Source of the DNA: Candidatus Aenigmatarchaeota archaeon | Lineage (GTDB): Archaea > Aenigmatarchaeota > Aenigmatarchaeia > QMZP01 > QMZT01 | Reading direction: 5' to 3' | Assembly (NCBI GenBank): GCA_963726265.1 | Contig: CAVSBQ010000002.1 | Location: forward strand, 992,001-1,056,000 | Length of the DNA: 64,000 nt | Notes under the pieces: model-generated | What the model saw: only the letters and a program-made list of their open reading frames with translations | Databases searched by the model: none | What the model was told of the DNA's origin: nothing | Shown here: piece by piece, positions 58,164-64,000 of the stretch | How the letters are laid out: each line of letters starts with the position of its first letter | How positions within the stretch are numbered: position 1 is the first letter of the stretch | Position numbers and translations under genes: made by a program

Positions 58164-60065
58164 ATGAAGGGCGGGGCGTTTGTTTTAACATTATTATTAT
58201 CAGCCATCTCGGCTGCTTTGCTGCTGAACGCCGGCCTCGCGGCTGCGATTCCCGATGTCATGATACTGCCGGACGAGAAAATCGTGTCGCTCAACTCGTC
58301 CGTACTCATCAAGGTAGATCCTAAGACCAGCGAAGCGCCCATGCGCATCACGTGGTCCGTTTACAACACGGGCAACATAGGCATGGGCTCCTTCCCCATG
58401 GTCGATGGCAAGGGCTTGTGCTATTTTTCGAATTCGGACGGCAACGCGACATGCGGGCCGTCTCCGTTCTTCCAGACGGGCGAGACCGAGCTTTACGTTT
58501 TCGTCGTTACTCCCTCCGGCGCATCGAACAGGACGCTCTACCTCAACGTTTCCCAGGTTTCGGTCCCGCTTGACGGCGTCAACAGGGTCGACAACACGGT
58601 CTACATGTACTTGTTCATGGGCAAGAAGGACTGGGTCAAATACAGCATATACAAGGAGGACCTCAGCATATACCAGAGCGAGAGGCCCCTCGACTACGAA
58701 ATGATCCAGGGTCGCTACGCTGGCAACATAACGCTCAACCCCGGCGTCTATTATTTCGCCTTCATAGTCAACGACACCGGAACGTATGGAAGCGCACTCA
58801 AGAGGATAGAAATCCCGTCGGGCGATTACCTCACGCTGAAGACGGACAAGGCCGACTACTGGAAGGGCGAGAGGGTCAGGCTCAGCGGGACGGCCAGCGG
58901 GAACCTGGTTTCCGGCGAGGTGCGCTATCCCGACGGCACGAAGGCCCTGAGCTTCAGCGTCGACGCCGCGGCGAATCACACGTTCTCCTATGATTTTTAT
59001 TCGAAAAGCGACTGGCCCGAGGGCGAATACGACATAGTGACCACGAAGCCGCTCGAAAAGACCATAAGCTTTTCCATAACCGAGTTCCTCGAGCTCCTGC
59101 CGGAGGCGGTATCGGCGAGCGTGAACAAGTCCAAGGACTTCTCGACGTCGATACGCGTCAAGAACCTGAGGTCCAACGCGACCAACATCACTTTCACGAC
59201 GTCAGGCGGCATGAAGGACCAGTATGTCACGATTTCCGATGCGTCTCTCGGACCGCAGGAGACGACGAACATTGCAATAGAAATCCCGGACGTCGCGTCT
59301 GACCTGAATGGCCAGATAACGCTGAAGACGAGCGAGAGCCTGGAGCTGGTCATACCGGTTTCGCTGACAGTATCCGTGGCAGGCCAGACTTGCGCGGCGG
59401 CGAAGGCGCTCGAAATCGCCGACAGCTCGCTTGTTTGGTCGCAGGAATGCATCGCAGGCGCGGAGATGACGAAGACCGTGAAGCTATCCAACAACGGCGC
59501 GAGCCAGCTTTCCAGCTTCTCCTACGAGGTCGACGATGCGTATACAGGCAGCTTCGAGGACCTGGACAGGATGGGCTATCTTGACGTTCCGCTTAGCGGC
59601 ATGTCAATCGCGCCTGGCGAGTCGAAGGAAATAGAGCTCAAGGCCTCGCCACAGAGCGGGGGCAGATACCAGGGCACCATAAAGTTCAAGAGCGGAGGCG
59701 ACAGCGCGCTCATGTTCGTATCTTTCAGCTGCTTTGAAGATTTCTCCTCCGGCCTCACGGCGCTCGCTTCCAAGGCCGCGGGGCTGAAGGTTTCCGCGGA
59801 CGCGCTGGAAGACATAAACTCCGAAATCTCGAGCGCGCAGAACGCGGCCGCGCTGGGCAACTACGAGCAGGCGAACGAGTATTACCTGAGCGCGAAGGCG
59901 AAGGTCGAGATGGCCGAGTCAGGCGGAGCGCAGCAACCGCTTGACCTCACCATTCCCATAATCATCATCGTCGTCGTGGTCGTCGCAGTAGTCTTCCTGT
60001 GGTTCTTCAAGTTCAGGAAGCCCGGCGTCGCCGGGGACGAGAAAGAACTCGAGAGCTTCGGGTGA
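58164..60065 (+). CDS. Secreted Ig-like surface protein with a C-terminal TM anchor
   Basis: Signal peptide, beta-rich domains (TDKADY..GE.V), C-terminal TM and basic tail. Confidence 0.8.
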   Translation: MKGGAFVLTLLLSAISAALLLNAGLAAAIPDVMILPDEKIVSLNSSVLIKVDPKTSEAPMRITWSVYNTGNIGMGSFPMVDGKGLCYFSNSDGNATCGPSPFFQTGETELYVFVVTPSGASNRTLYLNVSQVSVPLDGVNRVDNTVYMYLFMGKKDWVKYSIYKEDLSIYQSERPLDYEMIQGRYAGNITLNPGVYYFAFIVNDTGTYGSALKRIEIPSGDYLTLKTDKADYWKGERVRLSGTASGNLVSGEVRYPDGTKALSFSVDAAANHTFSYDFYSKSDWPEGEYDIVTTKPLEKTISFSITEFLELLPEAVSASVNKSKDFSTSIRVKNLRSNATNITFTTSGGMKDQYVTISDASLGPQETTNIAIEIPDVASDLNGQITLKTSESLELVIPVSLTVSVAGQTCAAAKALEIADSSLVWSQECIAGAEMTKTVKLSNNGASQLSSFSYEVDDAYTGSFEDLDRMGYLDVPLSGMSIAPGESKEIELKASPQSGGRYQGTIKFKSGGDSALMFVSFSCFEDFSSGLTALASKAAGLKVSADALEDINSEISSAQNAAALGNYEQANEYYLSAKAKVEMAESGGAQQPLDLTIPIIIIVVVVVAVVFLWFFKFRKPGVAGDEKELESFG

Positions 60066-60121
60066 CTTCTTATTTTTTCAAGATTGAATTACTTTTGAAT
60101 TAGCTGCCAAAGGCTATTTAC

Positions 60122-61663
60122 TTACTTCCCGAAGAAGCGCCTCAGCGCAGGATGCATGTCCTCCATGTGCTGCATGGCTATCTGCTCGTAGAGCTGGTGG
60201 ACGATCATGACGGCCAGGAGGATGCCCGTTCCGGTTCCGAGCGCGTCGGTGAAATCCGCGAAAGCCGCCAGGAAGCCGACCGACGCTCCGCCGAGGACTG
60301 CGAGCGCGGGTATGTAACGGTCCAGGACTTTTTCTATGATCCTGATGTCGCGCCTGAAACCAGGGATTTGCATGCCCGTGGATTCTATCTGGGCCGCGAC
60401 CGTCTTGGAGTCCATGCCCGCGGTGCTGACCCAGAAAATCGAGAACATCACCGAGCCGCCTATCATGAAGGCCGCGTAGGTGAAAAGCCTCGCGACTTCG
60501 ATGGGCGTGATGGTGGCAAGCGAGGTGAGGCCCGTTGCGGAGATGCCTAAATACCATACGAGCCCGCCTGCGACTCCCGCCGCCAGCACGTATTTCAGCC
60601 CGCCCTGCTTCTTGGTGAAGTAGACGAACAGCGCGCCGAGCAGGGCGAAGAGCCCGATGGAAATCATCATACCGGATATCGCGGTCGTCCTGGGGTGGCT
60701 GAGGAATAATATCAGGCCGCCCGTCGGGTTGCCGCTCCCGTCGAAAGTGCCGAGCCACGCGTTCCCTCCGCTTTGCGAAATCATCTTGGCGAACACCTGC
60801 ACGTTGGCGAGCAGCGCCGCGATGAGGATGACGGGGATGTTGGACGAATAAAGGAACTTCAGCGGCCAGCGCCTGCCGAAGCCGCGCACGGTCGAGAAGG
60901 CGAGCGGTATTTCGACGCGAATCGCCTGGACATAAACAACCAGCAGGAAAACTATTACCGTGGCTATTACGGGCAGCATGACCAGGAACGCCGCGAGCGG
61001 CTCGCCCGAGCCGAGCAGGATGCCGGCGTTCGGTATCGCCCCGGCCGGCGGGTTCTGTATGCCCGTCGAAATCATGCCGTCCGATGTGAGCGGGTTGAAG
61101 GCTCTCAGGATCATGGTCTTCGCTACGCCTGCGACTATGAAAAGGCTTATGCCCGAGCCGAAGCCCCATTTCGAAACAACCTCGTCCATGAACAGGACTA
61201 TCCATCCGCCAAGCGCCAGCTGGAAGACGACGAAGGGCAGCATGCCCACATCGGCTGCGATTGCGCCGAAAGCGACGTAAACATAACCTTCCAGCAGACA
61301 AAGCAGTATCGAAAGCAGCTTCTGCGTCCCCTGGAACAGCGTGCGGCCCTTGTCCTCGGACAGGTTCCATGGTATTATCTTCGAGCCGACGAGCAGCTGG
61401 AGGATAATCGAGGCCGTGACTATGGGCCCGATGCCTAAAGTGACGAGGGAGCCGAAGGTCGATCCCAGCAGGATTTCGAGGTATTTGAAATACTCGTAAT
61501 TCGTCTGCGAGATGCCGTAGACGGTTACCTGCGTCATCACGTAATAGATGAGCAGCACGATGCCCGTCCACTTGAGCTTCTCCTTGAAGGTCTGCCTCTT
61601 TATCGGTTCGATAACGCCAGGCAGCCTCTTCAGCACTGCGATATACGCATCCTCAAGAGCCAT
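60122..61663 (-). CDS. secY: Preprotein translocase SecY
   Basis: LGIGPIVTASIILQLL, GSGISLFI, YSSNIP, IPGFR and GTGTGILL motifs. Confidence 0.97.
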   Translation of the reverse strand: MALEDAYIAVLKRLPGVIEPIKRQTFKEKLKWTGIVLLIYYVMTQVTVYGISQTNYEYFKYLEILLGSTFGSLVTLGIGPIVTASIILQLLVGSKIIPWNLSEDKGRTLFQGTQKLLSILLCLLEGYVYVAFGAIAADVGMLPFVVFQLALGGWIVLFMDEVVSKWGFGSGISLFIVAGVAKTMILRAFNPLTSDGMISTGIQNPPAGAIPNAGILLGSGEPLAAFLVMLPVIATVIVFLLVVYVQAIRVEIPLAFSTVRGFGRRWPLKFLYSSNIPVILIAALLANVQVFAKMISQSGGNAWLGTFDGSGNPTGGLILFLSHPRTTAISGMMISIGLFALLGALFVYFTKKQGGLKYVLAAGVAGGLVWYLGISATGLTSLATITPIEVARLFTYAAFMIGGSVMFSIFWVSTAGMDSKTVAAQIESTGMQIPGFRRDIRIIEKVLDRYIPALAVLGGASVGFLAAFADFTDALGTGTGILLAVMIVHQLYEQIAMQHMEDMHPALRRFFGK

Positions 61664-61751
61664 GCAAAAACCTTTGTTGATTTTGTTAAATTGTTAAATA
61701 TATTTATAAGGTTTGCTAAAATAGATTTTGTCGTTATTTATTGCGTGAGCT

Positions 61752-62156
61752 TCACTCAGAAACAGCTTTCCCGCCCGCTTCCTCTATCTTTTCCTTCGCG
61801 TGGCGCGAGAATGCCGTGGCCTTCACGGTCAGCTTCTTCGTGACCTTGCCCGTGCCGAGGACCTTGTCAAATCCCATTTCCGCCAGGTCGATTTCTGTCT
61901 TGTCACCGGCCAGCGCCTGCAGGTCGTCGAGGTTTATCGCGTTAACGACCTTCGTGCACTTCTGGCTCTTCGGGACGAAGCCGCGCTTGCCGAGGTGGGT
62001 GGGGTCGTATCTTATGAACCATGATTTCCTGTGCTTCTTCGAGCCCGCGTTGCCGTGGCCTCCGCGGTATCCTCTACCACGGCGTTTTCGCATGCCGCCG
62101 TGGCCGCAGGTCCTCGTCCCGCGCTTGCTGACAATCTTTTTTCTCCGGTGCGCCAT
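61752..62156 (-). CDS. rpl15: 50S ribosomal protein uL15
   Basis: RGTRTCG, RGGHGNAG, GKRGF and KVLGTG motifs. Confidence 0.96.
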   Translation of the reverse strand: MAHRRKKIVSKRGTRTCGHGGMRKRRGRGYRGGHGNAGSKKHRKSWFIRYDPTHLGKRGFVPKSQKCTKVVNAINLDDLQALAGDKTEIDLAEMGFDKVLGTGKVTKKLTVKATAFSRHAKEKIEEAGGKAVSE

Positions 62157-62174
62157 AAGCATCACTTGCGTCTG

Positions 62175-62600
62175 CTAAATCATCCTCTCGAGCAGCTCGT
62201 TTATCTTCTCGCCCCTGAAGCCGAGCGCGCCCTTTGGATAGGGATTCTTAACGCCCTCATAGCCTTTCCTGGGCGGGCTGAGCCTGAAAACGGGCTTGAA
62301 ACCATCAACCTTCGCTCCTTTCTTCTTCAGCGCGTCGAGGACGTCCTTCACTTCCTTCTCGCTGGGCTTCCTGTCCCCCGCCATCCTGCCGCGCTCAGAC
62401 ACGAGCCTGGCCAGCGTGGCTTCGCTTATGTCGCCCCACGTGACGAAGTCCTTGACTTTCTTTATCATGCCTTCGGTCCTCGGGTCCTTCCTGATGAGGA
62501 CGCAATGGTTGACCCTGGTAAGGTTCATCATGCGCAGCGTGTCCTTTATCTTCCCCCGTGTCTTCACGCTGCCCCTGACCCTTACCACGGCGAACATCAT
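62175..62600 (-). CDS. rpl30: 50S ribosomal protein uL30
   Basis: AVVRVRG, VKDFVTWG, FRLSPPRKG and INELLERMI motifs. Confidence 0.96.
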   Translation of the reverse strand: MMFAVVRVRGSVKTRGKIKDTLRMMNLTRVNHCVLIRKDPRTEGMIKKVKDFVTWGDISEATLARLVSERGRMAGDRKPSEKEVKDVLDALKKKGAKVDGFKPVFRLSPPRKGYEGVKNPYPKGALGFRGEKINELLERMI

Positions 62601-63448
62601 ATGTCACCCTTCGTCCTGCTCAGGTTGCCCAGGGCGTCAAAAACGGCGAGCGCGAGGTTGATCCTCGTGGAAGTCATGCCGAAAGTGTTGGACCAGACGT
62701 CCTTTATGCCGGCGAGCTTGAGAATCTTCTTCGTCTCCTCGTCCGCTACCACTCCGACGCCGACGGGAGTCGGGGTGAGCACGACCTTGACCGAGCCTGC
62801 CTTGCCCTTGGTCTTTATCGGGATGGAATGCGTTCCTCCGCAGTTGCATTCCCATGAGCCGCATCCCCTCCTCACGTTGATAACATTAAGCTTTGCCTGC
62901 TGTATCGCCTTCTCTATCGCGGTCCTGTGCTCGTTCGACGTCGCCTTGCCCATGCCGACTATGCCGTCCTCGTTGCCCACGACGACGAGCGATGTAAGCT
63001 TGAATCTCCTGCCCGATTTGTGCATCCTGGCGGTCATGCGAGTCGGCGTTCTGCGTATTCCGCCTCCTTTGCCTGGCGTGCCGCCGATGTAGACCAGCTC
63101 CTCCTTCAGGTCCGGCACGAGGTAATCTATTATCTCGGGCTCGAGGATTATCTTCCCCCTCGAAAGCAGCTCCTTGATGTCCTTGAACTTCCCCTCGACC
63201 ACCTGCTTGCCCAGCTCGGTCCTGGGTATCCATGACGAAAGCCTCTCCTCGACGACCCTGGCGACTTCCTTTATCTCCTTCTCCGGAGGGGCGACTACTG
63301 CCTCTATTATCTCTGCTATGGGCTCCTCCTCTCCTGCCTTCTTGGCAACGGGCTTTTCCTTCGGCTTCTCCACCGTCTCTTCCATTTCCTTTTCCTTCTC
63401 TATTTCCTCGCCCGTTTCCTCGTGCTTGAGCCTTTTCTTCTTTGTCAT
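62597..63448 (-). CDS. rps5: 30S ribosomal protein uS5 with a charged N-terminal extension
   Basis: WIPRTELG, SGRR, RGCGSWEC and AGIKDVWS motifs. Confidence 0.95.
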   Translation of the reverse strand: MTKKKRLKHEETGEEIEKEKEMEETVEKPKEKPVAKKAGEEEPIAEIIEAVVAPPEKEIKEVARVVEERLSSWIPRTELGKQVVEGKFKDIKELLSRGKIILEPEIIDYLVPDLKEELVYIGGTPGKGGGIRRTPTRMTARMHKSGRRFKLTSLVVVGNEDGIVGMGKATSNEHRTAIEKAIQQAKLNVINVRRGCGSWECNCGGTHSIPIKTKGKAGSVKVVLTPTPVGVGVVADEETKKILKLAGIKDVWSNTFGMTSTRINLALAVFDALGNLSRTKGDI

Positions 63449-63542
63449 GCATACCACTTCATTACACAAATCCGGTTGTTTCGGGATTGTGATGATTGCG
63501 ATTAGATTGTGATTATATAGATACCAATATATTAAAGGATGC

Positions 63543-64000
63543 TTATTTATATCTTCTCCTTTTTTTAATCCTTTCGAGCCTCGCCAGGATGTCTTTCGCC
63601 TTGTCAAAGCGGCTGGCATACGCGGCAGTGACGTCATTCCAGCATGCGTCTAGGACATCGAAATGCGCTGCTTTGAGCGCCTCGAAAAGCAGGAAAAGGT
63701 CGACCGCCTGATCTTCGACGGATGAAGAGAACTTACCGAGGCCGAAATCTATAAGATAGAGCCGTTCGCCAGCATCTGAAAGAATCATGTTCGAGGTCGT
63801 CAGGTCGCCGTGGATCACTCCCGCTTGGTGCAGCGCGGCAATCAGCCCGCCCATTTCCATGCAAACCTTTTTGCGCTCCTTCCCGCCCATCGCATTCAGC
63901 GCATCCTTCAGCTTCCTTCCTCGTATGTATTCCATGACGAGCCTGAAATCGTCCTCGGTGCGCAGCTTCGGGACAGCGACTCCGCTCGCCCTCGCCCGCT
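63543..64000 (-). CDS. bud32: KEOPS kinase Bud32 (C-terminal part; start lies outside the window)
   Basis: HGDLTTSN, IDFGL, AVDL and RRRY motifs. Confidence 0.93.
   Translation of the reverse strand, partial: RARASGVAVPKLRTEDDFRLVMEYIRGRKLKDALNAMGGKERKKVCMEMGGLIAALHQAGVIHGDLTTSNMILSDAGERLYLIDFGLGKFSSSVEDQAVDLFLLFEALKAAHFDVLDACWNDVTAAYASRFDKAKDILARLERIKKRRRYK

Overview
Archaeal chromosomal DNA. Markers include archaeal uL16/L10e, uS5-uL30-uL15-secY, Bud32, MC1, archaeal pilin signal peptides and TATA promoters. A DPANN lineage such as Aenigmarchaeota is my best guess, and that is inference only. The GC-rich backbone carries smc (partial), two tandem membrane pyrophosphatases of different subtypes, mtnA, an LsrF-like aldolase and a Zn-ADH, thiM-thiE-thiC and thiL, AspRS-Lrp-AsnRS, rnhB, a pilin cluster, tal-rpe-rpiB, a partial group 4 [NiFe]-hydrogenase operon and ribosomal genes. 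An accessory island at about 12.2-26.4 kb, most AT-rich at 17.5-23.1 kb, holds several toxin-antitoxin modules, a nuclease/methyltransferase/CARF-regulator defence block and many small orphan genes. The best non-gene signals are in this island. (1) A perfect palindrome, ATGTTTAAACAT, occurs four times, always 32-34 nt before a start codon and 4 nt before a TATA-like box. (2) A GGATTGCC(GC)T-type motif sits at five consecutive gene junctions, like a cassette array. (3) A duplicated GGTGACCAC-N13-GTGGTCA(C/T)C site plus promoter brackets an AbiE module. I saw no integrase, tRNA, rRNA or CRISPR array. Four genes carry single-base frameshifts that may be assembly errors.
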